From Minutocellus sp. GHC0000111 (lineage: Eukaryota): 64,000 bases of DNA. Every line of letters begins with the position of its first letter. Position 1 is the stretch's first letter. Below are positions 34,854-47,103 of the stretch, in pieces. The notes beneath the pieces were generated by a model that had not been told where the DNA came from, did not search any database, and saw only the letters and a program-made list of their open reading frames with translations. The stretch covers positions 3,348,001-3,412,000 of the forward strand of contig OZ361259.1 of assembly GCA_977018835.1 (NCBI GenBank). Direction: 5' to 3'. A program made the translations under genes and the position numbers.

Positions 34854-37800
34854 TCACAGACCAAGGAACGAGGCCACTGCATCTCGGTCACGGTCAAGTC
34901 GAGCTGCATTAGTCCGAACCGCCTCGAGCGCCTGAGCCACTCGTCGCTGACCAGCACCGGCAGGATGGTCAGGATCAGCAAAGAACTGCTCAACCACATT
35001 AGCTTCTTCGCATGTCTTCAGTCCTCGGGTGGTAACTCCTAGCAGCATTCCCCAGACGACGTGCTGTTCACGAAACTTTGCTACTAGCCGATCGAAATCG
35101 CTTACAAAATTATCCCAACATTTCCGCCCTCCCTCGCTGGTCGTAGTCGCCAACCCATTGAGAACGAAAGCCATATCTTGGTACCTTACTTTGCCAGAAT
35201 AGAGGGCATACTCAAGCATCTCTGCGTGTCTGTCCCTATCCTTGACGCGTCCCATGACGCTGAGAGCGGACCTCTGGACTCCAGGATCGTCTGCTGTCTC
35301 AAAAATCTTCTTCAGCTCTGCGCTGACGAAGCCCTCATCCGCTCGCAAGGCTGTCCGAAATACCGCCGTTCTCACATCTCCAGTGACCAAATCAGTATCG
35401 GGATTCTCGACAAAGGATTTGAATCGTCGAAGCGCTTCTTCCAGGACAGCAGTGTCGCCAGTGAGGCCCATCATGCTGATGATGGTGGCTCGAATGCTTC
35501 CGGTGTGATCGTCATCATGGGGCGTGGGGTCCCAGCCGATTGTCTTCATCTGATTGGCATAAATGTTGTGCAGAAACCTCTGGAACTTGACGAAGAAGGG
35601 CTCTGACTTGTAGAGAGATGCAAGGGCCGAGAGATTCTCGGACAACTCTTGCCAAACGGCATACTCGGCGGTCGTATGCAACCCGAAATCTTGGACCAAC
35701 GCCAACGAATCCGAAATGGGAGAGTAGCCGGAACGACCGGCGGCGAATGAATCCGAGACGAGACCGAGCCGATCGGTGGCCGACAATTGACCTCCAGGAG
35801 ACATGGCGCAGCCCAATCTTTTCCACTGACTGTCGGTGTAGCTGACGCGAAAGAATCCGTTTTGATCGGCATTCAATTTGAAGAATTTATTTGCGCTATC
35901 CCACTCCATGATCTTGGCAAGAAGTGCGCTGGACTCATCACCGCTTGGGCCATTGATGAGCCATGGCCCCATAACCTCATCTTCACCCTCTACAATGGCC
36001 GTGATGGGAATTGGCCATTTCGTTTCGTTCGACGATGAGTGGCTGTGTGGGCCACCAGCGAGGAACCGAGGACATTCGATTCTCCCATCCTGCTTGAGTA
36101 GAACAATGGGGTATCCCGTGCGAAGAGTCCAAGGCGACGCTATATTGACAATCGGGAGTCCGGATTCTTCTTCTAGAGCCTGCCAAAAGTCTGATGAGAC
36201 TGCATTGCCCCATTTGTGTCTTTCCAGATAGCGTCTCATGCCCATGAAGAAGTTTTCGCGGCCGACATAGGACGAGAGCATGCGAATGACAGATGCCCCC
36301 TTGGCGTAGGATATAGTGTCGAAGATCTCGCCGATCTCGTCTGCTGTTTTGACGGGTACCTCAACAGGGTGCGATGACACCATGGCGTCAAGATTCAAAG
36401 CGACGCCATAAACACCTTGAGTAAAGAGCTCCCATGCACGCCATTCCGGAAAGAGTCGGTTGATGGCAACAAATTCAAGATAGCGAGCAGCTCCTTCTTT
36501 TAGCCAAAGCTGCGTCCAAAACTCCGGTGTTACGAGGTTTCCAAACCACATGTGAGCGAGTTCATGGCATACGGTACGCTGTTCCAAGCCAGTGCATAAG
36601 AGGGGAGCGAGATTTTAATGATCAAGGTGATGTGTTAGTTGAACTCCAATCAGTGCAATCACGAAATAGAATCCACGCCAAAATGAAATTACTCACCGCT
36701 ATTCCTCTTTTCATGCTCTCGGAACTTGTTTCGTTCACCAATATCTTGGCCTCTCTATATGTAACTAGGCCAAAATTTTCCACTGGAAAGGAAGGGGTAG
36801 CAAGTTTGGTTGTGGTTGTGAAGTAGACACAAACAGAAAGGCTGGTTAGAAGGTGCACAGCAAAAATCTGAACAAATACGAATAGGACGTCCAAATCTAA
36901 CCCAAAGTCCACTCAGTGATCGGCCGCCATCAGCATGAGCTAAAAGGTTGGCCAATGCGAAAACAAACGATATCAATCTCAATTTTCAGCAATCCAAGCA
37001 GCTAAACACTTTTGCCCTCCGACAACCACACTCACTTGCACCGGCCGCAAAATCAGGGACTGCCACGAGGTCAGATTTGGCCAGTGGATATGGCATACCA
37101 AACAATTCTCCAGCGAATAATTCGAGGCAGCGGTTTGCCACATCGAGACAGAATCGTCCCTGCTCTGATTTCCCCGGGACGGTGTAAACGGTGGTCGTAA
37201 CACCTGCCGTCGGACCCTCCTTTGGTGTTGTTGAGATGCCGTCCAGTTCGGCAACAATCAGAGCAACCAGATACGTTGACATCTTGGGCGTCGTCTCGAA
37301 TTCAAACGTCTTTTCCAGTACCTCCCCACATCCCGGCTTTGCCACCTTGGCAGTATACTCATTGGCAATGGGCGTGTTGCTCCAGCATGAAAGAGATGGA
37401 CGAGATTGGTCGACCTGGATGGTAACACGGAGACGAAAGGTGGCCTTCAGAGCCGGCTCGTCAAAGCAGGGGAATGCTCGTCTCGCATCTGTCGGCTCGA
37501 ATTGCGTCGTGGCGATGGTCAGTTCTCGTCCATCCAGAGACTGATACGTCGAGCGATACAGACCGTGCATCAAATCGTTGAGCACACCACGAAAGGTAAT
37601 GAACAGCTTGCCGCCTGAACAGGATGATGGGATCGACAACGGGGAGAAGAGAAGGGCACAGGTCTGCGACGGCAGGTAGTATCGAAACTCGAATGCCTCG
37701 GCTGTGACGTCATCGCAAACAAATGTTGCACTTAGGATGTCAATCTCAATGGCATGAAGGAGAATGACCTGAGGCGGTGGGGCACTCACATGCGCACCGG

Positions 37801-37981
37801 CGGCATTTGGAGAAGCAGCCAGCGTGGGCACAGGCTTGGGCGTGTCGACGCTGATCGTGACGGTGCCGGCGAACACATGGCGCTCGAGGTCGATGGTGGT
37901 GTAATCAATGTCGTAATGGCGAGGTACTACCGTCAGCGAGATTCTCCCCGGCGAAGGGGGGAGCTCGATGCTCGACGTCAT
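34854..37981 (-). CDS. M1 family (puromycin-sensitive/ERAP-like) aminopeptidase; introns 36783-37035 and 36579-36696
   Basis: TQFEPTDARRAFPCFDEP; GA/M/EN restored across intron 1; HELAHMWFGN...WLKEG; SYAKG. Confidence 0.95.
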
Positions 37982-38183
37982 GGTTCTCTACGTCGAAGAT
38001 ACCAAAAATGCATGAGCGCGCGAGCAGGCGCATCGACGAACGACGCAAGACCGAGATAAGAGAGCAAGGAAATTCTCAGGCAGACAGACGCGCTCATGTG
38101 AGCATGTCACGTGCTTCAAATTCTCATCCAATCTGCAGAATCATAATTATTGTTGGACCGAACGTATCTTACTCTAGTATAAC

Positions 38184-39116
38184 ATGCTCCCGTTTCTGAT
38201 TGTTACTTTGCTGATACTCGCGGCAGCAGTGCCTGGTGAATCCTTTCTATCGCAATTTAACGCGAATCTCCATCCATCATCAGCAAGATGTGTTGCGTCC
38301 AGGGACTTGGAAGATTCTGCCGATGCCGCTGAATTCCTCGACCTCTCTACTTCTGATCTGGCTCGCATCCAAACGGCTCGATCGTCGAGGACCGTCATGC
38401 CGCTAATTATTCTTGCGGAACCAATTCTACCTGGGCAGAGTATCGAGTTCGGATCCAATGATAAGAGGTTCCACGCCCTAATTGCTCATGCTCTGCAGAA
38501 CAATGCGAATGAAATCGGAGTGCTGGGTACCAACCCACACACAGGGTGGCCTCTCAACATTGGAGTGACAGCCAAAGTCTCTGCATCCAGTATCCGTCGC
38601 GATGATTCCGACAAGGCAATGGTTGTGCTTGATGTCGTCGGAGAACGACGGTTCGAATGCGCCGGTGAGCCATGGATGGATGACACCTCGTCATTTTATC
38701 TCGCTGACATTGACTATTCCAATGGCCGTGGCGATTCACATGAATCATCCTCAGCTAATGATACTGCCGGTGAAGAAGAGAGCATCGCCGATAGTGCAAG
38801 GGCCTGTGCGCTCTCGGACTCCGTTCCTGATCTCGTCGAAACTTGGACGTATTGGATGGCGCACACAGGAATTTGTAGCCAAACGAGCATGAAGCAGATT
38901 ATGGAGGAGCTTGGTCCAATGCCGGACAATGTTGGTGAGCGCGCCATTTGGGTCGGTATCTTGCTAAATCCAGTTCGTGGATACAGCAGGCGGGTATGTT
39001 TGGAGATCAGGCCTGCAATGTTGGCGTGTGCCTCCGATTTGGAACAGATCACTTTGAGCTGCATTGCGCTACAGTCCAGTATTGACCACTTGTGTGGTAA
39101 GAAGTTATTGTTTTAG
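38184..39116 (+). CDS. LON peptidase substrate-binding (N-terminal) domain protein, signal/transit peptide
   Basis: MPLIILAEPILPGQ, VVGERRF and CLEIRPAML; N-terminal signal peptide ending ES-F. Confidence 0.7.
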   Translation: MLPFLIVTLLILAAAVPGESFLSQFNANLHPSSARCVASRDLEDSADAAEFLDLSTSDLARIQTARSSRTVMPLIILAEPILPGQSIEFGSNDKRFHALIAHALQNNANEIGVLGTNPHTGWPLNIGVTAKVSASSIRRDDSDKAMVVLDVVGERRFECAGEPWMDDTSSFYLADIDYSNGRGDSHESSSANDTAGEEESIADSARACALSDSVPDLVETWTYWMAHTGICSQTSMKQIMEELGPMPDNVGERAIWVGILLNPVRGYSRRVCLEIRPAMLACASDLEQITLSCIALQSSIDHLCGKKLLF

Positions 39117-39714
39117 ATTTGTTTGTCGAAGCAGTATGCATGCGAACTTGCATAATAGGAAATCCTGCACGATGCACGACAAATACAAATGCCGAAGCTG
39201 CATCGATGAAATAGAATGCCGAATGATTCGACTCGACAAATCCGCCTACAAAGAATAGGGCACGCAAAAGGCATTTGCAGCATACGTGCAGCTACGGCAG
39301 ATTCATCACAGTACTGTCATCGTTCACAAGCAAAGAAATGCATCGGTTACAAGACAAAAGTTGTGGGCCGAAGGCGGTAGCAGTATACAATCGGTGGGCA
39401 CCTGTATTTTTGTTGTTGTTATTGCGCCGTTCTGTAACAACGCTTCAACGCTGGGCAAAAGCCTCAGCGGATTGATTCGCTCGCACACGAATGATTGGAA
39501 ACGAACACACTACATGCATATGCATCAATGTGCGCGAATCCATTCATTATCTGGTAGAAGAGGGGCTAAAACTTACACGATACATACTGATAAAACTAAC
39601 GGCCTTTCAGATACCAATTGGTACATGAAATGGATGAAAAATCCTTACGATTACTACTTTGGATCGACCTTTATCATTCCGCGTTCAAACAATCACCATA
39701 AACCTCTAAACCGC

Positions 39715-41055
39715 TTATTTCTTTTCGTCCTCTTTGTAAAGGCATTCCATGAGGGACTTGGTAAGCTCCTTTCGGTCGAGGTTCTTTCCAATGAAAACGA
39801 ATTTGTTGATGCGTTCCTCGCCCTCAGCCCAGGGATTCTTGGCGGGTCCAAAGTTGATCTGCTCGTGAACACCCTGGAAGACGAACTTGGTATCTCCCTG
39901 CCCGTGGAAGCTCAGCAAGCCCTTGGTCCGGTAAAGGTCCGCCGCGCGGTCCTTGAGCAGATCCATCATGAACATGTTGAACCACTGAGCATGGAGGTTC
40001 CCCTTGAATTGGATGCCGACGCTCTGAACAAGATCGAGGTTGTGCTCCTTCTTTTCCTCCTCCTGATCCTCGAAAAAGTCGGGTGCGTACGTGAGAATGG
40101 ACTCCATATTGAAGGAGTCACTCTTGAGGATAGCCTCAAGGGGAGCTCGGGAGCGCTCGGTTTCAATGACCGTGGCAAACTTGTTGAGCTTGGCGAGCCG
40201 CTCCTTGAGAGCCTTCTTCTCATCATCGGTGACAAGATCGATCTTGTTGAGCAAGATCATATCGGCAAAGGCCACCTGCTGCTGCGCTTCATTGACGGCA
40301 CCCTCGGGCTTGACCTCGTCCAGGTGCTGGTTGATGTGTTTGCAGTCCGCAAGACAAACAATGGAATCAATCCTATAATTGTCAGACATCTTGGGGTTTG
40401 TCTGGACCGTATAGACAATGGGTGCGGGGTCGGCGAGGCCGGTGGTCTCCAGAAGGATGGCATCGAACTCCTTGCGGCGCTTGGCAAGCTGACCAAGCGT
40501 GCGGATCAGATCTCCACGGACGGAACAGCACACACACCCGTTGTCCATGGTGATCAAGTCCTCGGGCGCATCGAGGGATTCGGCAACAAGACCATCATCG
40601 ATGGAGACCTGGATTTTCATCGGAGTGCGTTTGCGAGAGAGTACAAATGAGATGATGAGCGGAAAACGATGTTCTCTACCGCCGGTCGTGCCGATGCCGA
40701 CGCCGGTCGTGAAGCGCTTAATGCTGTTCTGGGAGTAACGCTCGTCCACCAAAAAAAACAACGAAGTCAGCAACTCACCTCTCCGAATTCATTTTCCAAT
40801 ACGGCAATGTTCCATTCATTCTGTTCCTTGAGAATGTAATTCACAAGGGTGGTCTTACCGGCCTTTTGGAGATGGAGAGAACGGTATCGGTGGAAGAAGA
40901 ACGATGGCATAAGGATGAGATGGGACAGTGAAAAAGATGCACGGAAAAGACAATATAGGGGTCCAATAAACACCGCAAATCTCCTTGCTTATACTCACTC
41001 CAAGGAAGCCAGTGACCACGGTAATAGGAGTCAGGTCGGAATCAGCGGCGGACAT
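39715..41055 (-). CDS. cobW: COG0523/CobW-type metallochaperone GTPase; introns at about 40864-40998 and 40610-40779
   Basis: TGFLG/AGKTT, ENEFGE, GCVCCSVR, ETTGLADP, NKID and CobW_C (YRTKG, FQGVH, FVFIG). Confidence 0.93.
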
Positions 41056-41277
41056 CGTTGTGGATGACGGAGCACGTAGTGTGGCTAAATGGGTTATGAG
41101 GCATCTACCACATTCCACGTGGAGGACTGGGCGAGCTTTTAGACAGACGACCAAAAAATCCCACCAATTCCAAACCAAGTCTTTATTGTGCTCGATTGCC
41201 TCGCCTCTACAAGTATGCTAGAATGCGGATCCTACAGTATTGAACCATTTTGCTACTAAAAATACCACTTCGTCTCA

Positions 41278-42672
41278 TTATTTTTCGTCACCTCTGCTGC
41301 CGCCACCACCACCGGCCAACACATCCACCGAGCCGAGTATTTGGTCACAAAAGGACTTCATGGGGAGTATGCTAAATGGCTCTTCAAGCTGCATTGCGAG
41401 TTCATCAACTCCAAATAAGAAGAATGCCAATATCGCCGATGCAGGAAGAACCAAAAAAGGTTGGGCCATGTCGACGAAGGACGAATACAGTGCTGCGGGC
41501 AATAGCAAAGCCCACAGGGAGAGAAATCTTGCGGTATGGCGCGTGTAAACAAGCGGTACTGGAGAGCTATATATCTTCTCCATTATCGATGTGCATTCAC
41601 CGAGAATTATGATGCTCTTGTCCGTTTCGATCAGAGCCTTCGCATCTACCACTTTCGGAAGGCCATGGAGTTCCATTGACAAATTGTTTCCAAGCCGCCA
41701 GTGTTCTATCGGGAGGGGATACAATGCGCTTTGCCAGTTCTGAATCCTCTCCATATGTAGAGAAGACTTCTTCTCGATAAGCCGACTCATCCTCATCAGG
41801 TGACGATAATTGATTCATCACACTTCGGCAGTACAACCAAACCGCTTTTCCAAGACATTGGACTGCTTTCTCGTCATCACTGAAGACCGATGCCATTCGA
41901 ATCAAATTTCGACCGTGAGCAATCATTCTTGCCCACGTATTCCTTGCCTCCATCCATCGCGCATATGATGCGTTTGTTCGAAATACCAGAAGCAAACCGA
42001 GAGCTGGACTGGACAACGTAAATGGTATTGGAGGTAATGCAATTGGGTTGATAAGCGGCTGCAAACTCGGCAGCGACGGAACCGCAATCATGTTCCACAA
42101 TAGAACAATGGCTGCCACCGAAGTAACAATAAGTACCTGGGGCCTCAACTGTCGAACGACCCCCGAGAAGAGCATACTACTGAGATTGGTGATGATGCGA
42201 GAACTTGAACTGCGATGGTCCACCCAGTCGCTATAACTAAAGACCGTTCGTCTAAACCTCCGACTCTGCTCACCGTAGGGTACTCGGCCGGTTTCGAGAG
42301 TTGCCGCCATTAGTGACCCTTCTCGCACGTCTTTGGATCTACTAGCTGCTCGTTTCCCCACCCTGGGGGGGATGATATCGCATCGACATCATCATCTTCG
42401 AGAGGCGCCACCATTAGTGACCCTTCCCTCACGTCTTTAGATCTGTTAGCTGCTCCTTTCCCCACCCTGGAGGAGGATGTTATCGCATCGACATCATCAT
42501 CTTTGACATCATCATCTGCTGATAATTGTACAGCAAGTGAGAATCTACCACGTGCTGCTGCCGCCCTTGGCGATGCTGGTATCGGTGGACAGAATGCGTG
42601 CGTCTGCACAACAATATTGGAAAAGGCGAGAAGGAACGTAACGATGCCGATCATTTTGAATGAGCACTGCAT
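41278..42672 (-). pseudogene. Bestrophin-like (UPF0187/VCCN1-type) plastid anion channel, two frameshifts
   Basis: FTLSSPALGLLLVFRTNASYARW.EAR, EKIYSSPVPLVYTRHTARFL and QLEEPFSILP; presequence ...THA-FCP. One-nt loss near 42365-42371 and one-nt gain near 41682. Confidence 0.9.
42307..42502 (-). repeat. Tandem duplication, period 104 bp (originally 105 bp = 35 aa)
   Basis: CCATTAGTGACCCTTC...CATCATCATCTT at 42307 and 42411. GGAGGAGG in one copy corresponds to GGGGGGG in the other. Confidence 0.9.
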
Positions 42673-42853
42673 GCGCATCGACATTGGACAGGGCTTCGAT
42701 GTTACGGTGATGGCCATGATGGCGCTGTTGATGTTAGGATATGAGCTCTCGGCGATATTTTCGGCACTTCGCCGAGCTGCAGATTTTTTTGCTGCTGATG
42801 ATAGCCTTATTCTTCACGGTCGCGAGACCACCAGAAGGAGAGCGCCAAAGCCC

Positions 42854-44404
42854 ATGTATTCAAAGGAACAAGTAATGAGGCGATATCCGCAGGCTGGGCT
42901 TGGATGGGCTCTGGCGGTTGTGCTGATATTTTGTCCTGGAACAGTCGGTTCTTTTTCCGTACAAAGACAAAGAGGACCTGCTGGCGCCACTGACGTCGTC
43001 CTGTTGACAGGAAGACAACATCGAGTTGATATCAAACTTGCACAAAGAGCGCATACTAGTGCCAAGGATTCCAAGTTGATCAGGAACCATCCAGATAATA
43101 TCAAATATGAAGGCACAGGAATATCTGACGCATATTGCAGGAGAGAATTCGTGGCCAAGGCGGCGGCTTTGTCTTCACTGATCTCCCTTCCAATACTGAC
43201 GACCGGCTCTGAAGCAGCACATGCGGCGCCAGATGTGGCATCGGCAACATCTGCGACGACGCCATCCATAGCCGAGGGGGAACTGGCAATATCTGATCCA
43301 CCGCCGAATCGCGCAACAATTATTGTTGACGACATTTATGACAAGATGAGTGTCCCGACCACCAGAGCGAAACCCGTCAAGGGCAAAAATAACAGTAACA
43401 ACAAGGCATCGGATCCGCGTTTCTTCATTGCCGGAGGGGCCTCTGCTGCCATATCGCATGGGTATACAGTTCCAATCGACGGTGAGTTGTATTCGTTGCT
43501 AGATATGTTCGCATGTATGACATTTTAAATTTCCCCCCTTGCTACAATGCTGCAAATAAACATGACACTTACTAATATTGCTGCACATCTTTTGAATACT
43601 TACATGTACATTCCTTCAGTCGTCAAGACCAAAATCCAGCTTGATCCCGAGCTGGAGGGTCTATCTTTGCGAGAAGCGACTCAAAAAATAGTCGAGGAGG
43701 AAGGTCCTGGCGAGCTCCTCGTTGGTCTGGGACCGACAGTGATTGGATATGGAATAGAAGGAGCGCTCAAGTTTGGACTGTACGAATCGTTGACACCTTT
43801 TTTTATCGGCGTATTCCCAGCCAATGTGGATCCCGCGGAACCATATCTAGCAGCCGCCGTATGCGCTGGGGCAGTGGCTAGTCTCATATTATGTCCTATG
43901 GAAGAGACGCGTATACGTTTATTGTCAGACCCGGAATTCGCCAGTGGTCTGCTTGATGGATTACCTCGTCTGTTGAAGGAAGATGGGGTACTCTCACCAT
44001 TCAAAGGACTTCCTCCGATGTTGAGTAAGCAGATACCCTACACGGCAGCCAAACAGGTTTCATTCGATGTTGCCGCTGGCGCAATTTATTCTGCGTTAGG
44101 GGCATATGCAGCAAATCTTGCGTTTGGGGTGGAGGTTGCCGCTGCGTTTTCCGCCTCTGTAGTTGCTTGTATAATGTCACATCCTGGAGACGTATTGCTC
44201 ACAGCATCATATAAGAGCAAGGAGAATGGAGCTGGCGGATTTTTTGCAACGGTATCTAACATTTATGACAGAGGTGGTTTCAAGGCTTTCTTTCGGGGTC
44301 TCAATGCCCGGTTCATACACGTGGGTTTCATCATCACCTCTCAACTTGTCATTTATGATCAGATCAAGCAAGCGTTGGGTCTAGCGGCAAGTGGGGCATC
44401 GTAG
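42854..44404 (+). CDS. Mitochondrial carrier family (phosphate carrier-like) with long signal-bearing N-terminus; intron 43482-43619
   Basis: PID/VVKTKIQ, GLGPTVIGY.IEGALKFG.YE, PMEETRIR, KQIPYT and HPGDVL. Confidence 0.9.
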
Positions 44405-44486
44405 TAATATATCCATGGTAGAAGTAGCTATCATTACAGAATGAATGATGTATGCTATTGCTCACTTCAGTTTTCTACGATACCGA

Positions 44487-45032
44487 TCAACTGTCACCAC
44501 CGGCCTCTGCCGCCGCCTTTGCAGCCTTCTTGGCCTTTAATCTGGCTTTGCGCTCTTCGGCCGCCTTCTTCTTCTCCTCTTTGCTCAGTTTCACCTTCTT
44601 TTCAAACAACCCAGGCAAATCAGCTGGAGGAGGGGCATCGCCATCGCTCCCACCAGCTCCCTTGGGACGGGGCTTCTCGTCGGGAGGTGCCGATCCAATC
44701 GCAAACGAGTCTGGGACCGTCGCCGCCACGCCAACTGCTCCGCCTTTCCAACCGAGCATCTGACTGTCACAAAACATACCCTCGCTCATAACACCGCCGA
44801 CCGAGGTCTTCTTGATCTCCATCTCTTCACCGGAATCGTCCGTCACGGATGAGCCAACTGGAGCAACAACGATACGGGAATTTTGCCGAACGTTGGCGGC
44901 ACTGGTAACAACGCAGATTGGCTCATCGCCTCCCACATCCACTTGGCACCCTCTCAATGGCTTTCCTCCTTTCTTCGGAAGCTCTTCGATGGATTGGACC
45001 ACTCCAACTTTGTAAAGGGAACGGTCGGGCAT
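44487..45032 (-). CDS. tRNA-binding OB-fold (EMAP/PheT-B2-like) protein
   Basis: KVGVV...VDVG...VVTSAANV...GVMSEGMFC; Lys-rich tail. Confidence 0.85.
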   Translation of the reverse strand: MPDRSLYKVGVVQSIEELPKKGGKPLRGCQVDVGGDEPICVVTSAANVRQNSRIVVAPVGSSVTDDSGEEMEIKKTSVGGVMSEGMFCDSQMLGWKGGAVGVAATVPDSFAIGSAPPDEKPRPKGAGGSDGDAPPPADLPGLFEKKVKLSKEEKKKAAEERKARLKAKKAAKAAAEAGGDS

Positions 45033-45370
45033 GGTGATTCGATGGTATGGGGTCTCTCCCTCTCTCCCTGCGGCTGATGAGCGAAGGCGAGCGTGGTGAC
45101 TGACAGACGGACTACGAAATAAGGTTCTTGAAATAGTGCTGTATGTCTTCTCGAAAGTTCCCTATGCCTCTTGCAATAATAGGAGGGAGAATAAATTTAG
45201 ATATGTATATTTTAGGTATACCTTTATTCCTGAAACAGCGCGGCAGGGAAGAAACAGCGGCAGGGACTCTACGTAGCTACGTAGTAGGAATTCCCTTTGT
45301 GTACGCCGTGTTGATGGTGTCTACAAAAGTTTTTTTTGTATTCATGTTACATCTATCTATGAATGAATTT

Positions 45371-46591
45371 TCATATTTTGTACAACCGGCTATCGATGCC
45401 ACGGTAGCAAGCAAAAAATAATATCTCTTGACTGACTGGTAAAATAAGCTCTGCATCAGCAACGCCAAGGGGAGAGTCGGGCGCCTGGGAGGCAGCATTT
45501 GACAATATCTGATCCTTTGGTGGCTCTTCATCATTGCTGCTGCAGAGTGATGATGGCCAACCTCCAGGCCAGGCATCTAAAGTTTGTGAGGGGCAAATAT
45601 CCTGGAGTTCGGCTCTGGCAAAACGTATGTCAGCAGCCGGGTCATTATTGGTCGTGTTGGCGGATAGGATGCGAAGGATATTGCTCTCAAAGGCGGCAGA
45701 TACGTTCCGTGGGATATTGGAATTTCCCATCTTTTGTCGAAGGTAATCCAATGCGTAGAGTATGGACGCAGCAGCCACGCACGAGGGACGGCACTTGGTA
45801 GTCAGATTGACGTTGAAGGTGGCCAGCTCCGTGAGGTATCGTGCCACCTCAAACGTGAAATGCATGGCATCCGTCGTGATGGAATCCATCTGGAGGAATG
45901 GATTGATCTCCAGAGCGTTGGGTTTAATCAAAAACAAAATGAAATATTCAATGTATGTGCCAAATACCGGTGGATTGAGCCGGTACCGCAACTTGGAAAT
46001 CATGTGGCGTTCCTCGGCCTCCAGTTTCTTCACCGTCAGCATTCCTCGGCTTAGATTGGCAAAGACAGATATGTTGACGACGGCAGTCGGCGAGGGTGGT
46101 CGACGACCACCACTGTCGCATATCGTTGCGACATCATCCTCCCTCGACGAGCCCTGGAGTTTGAGTGCAACATACATCGCCACAACAAATATTCCCTGGT
46201 AGCTCTTGCGCGTAATGGTCGAAACACCTTCCTCCAGTATTGCCGTTGTGTACCTGTCGACGAAGTTGAGGCATACGGCCACGACGTCTCTGTTGTATTC
46301 GAAAGAGTCAATGACAGCATGAGCCCACTCGGTCATTTTTGTTCTGACCATCTTGGCGTCGGACCATCCGATGGACGATGAGGAGGGCGGGGAAGAGCAG
46401 CGGCTGCATCTTTCGTCAAAGAGCTTACTTTGGCAACTTAATGAGGGTGGGTAGTAGTCCATTTCTTGGTGCACCATGACATTGATTTGGTCCCTGATTG
46501 AATCCCACGTGGGGTTGCTGCTGCTGCAATCTCCATCGGCATCGGACATGGATACGGCGGTGTCAACGTCGTCTAGGAGCATTCCCACCAT
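45371..46591 (-). CDS. Cyclin (diatom-specific cyclin-like)
   Basis: Cyclin box RTKMTEW...NRDVVAV.LNFVDRY...YVALK...LSRG...E.HM...L.YRLNPP; ARYLTEL. Confidence 0.88.
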   Translation of the reverse strand: MVGMLLDDVDTAVSMSDADGDCSSSNPTWDSIRDQINVMVHQEMDYYPPSLSCQSKLFDERCSRCSSPPSSSSIGWSDAKMVRTKMTEWAHAVIDSFEYNRDVVAVCLNFVDRYTTAILEEGVSTITRKSYQGIFVVAMYVALKLQGSSREDDVATICDSGGRRPPSPTAVVNISVFANLSRGMLTVKKLEAEERHMISKLRYRLNPPVFGTYIEYFILFLIKPNALEINPFLQMDSITTDAMHFTFEVARYLTELATFNVNLTTKCRPSCVAAASILYALDYLRQKMGNSNIPRNVSAAFESNILRILSANTTNNDPAADIRFARAELQDICPSQTLDAWPGGWPSSLCSSNDEEPPKDQILSNAASQAPDSPLGVADAELILPVSQEILFFACYRGIDSRLYKI

Positions 46592-47103
46592 GGTTGGTAT
46601 TTAACAAGATAAAGCTGATAAAGTGAAAGTAGGGAGGGAAGAAATGAAGAGAGCGAGCAGTTTTCCTTCAATTCGTCGCAAAGTGAAAGTGATGCACAAA
46701 GAGGAACTCATTTATTTGGCAGTTGGGGCCTGGTGAGTGCGAGCAGAGTTGCACTTGTCACATGTCGGACAGATGCTTAGGTGCACACTAATTGGCCCCA
46801 ACGCCGCGCATCTGATCAAACGAATCCTATGAATGACTCGCCCGGCTTTGGTGCATCTGAGTGGGGCTGATCGCTTCCAACGGATGATTCGGCGAGGCAT
46901 ATCTTCGACACCATGTCGGCGAGGTTTGTCCTTTTGACACTCCTCAACGAATTTTCCCATGTATGTAGCCTCAACTCTCAAATTAGAGGAGTATCATCAT
47001 CGGTCGGTCAAAGCAGGCTGAGCAGCGGCATTATTCCTACCGCAACGACACGGCAAAAGTGCTTGTTCCATGCAAGAGAACCAACACGCATAGGGCACCC
47101 ACC

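Noticed and set aside
39286..40650. 454 aa plus-strand ORF
   Set aside because: Antisense shadow of cobW.
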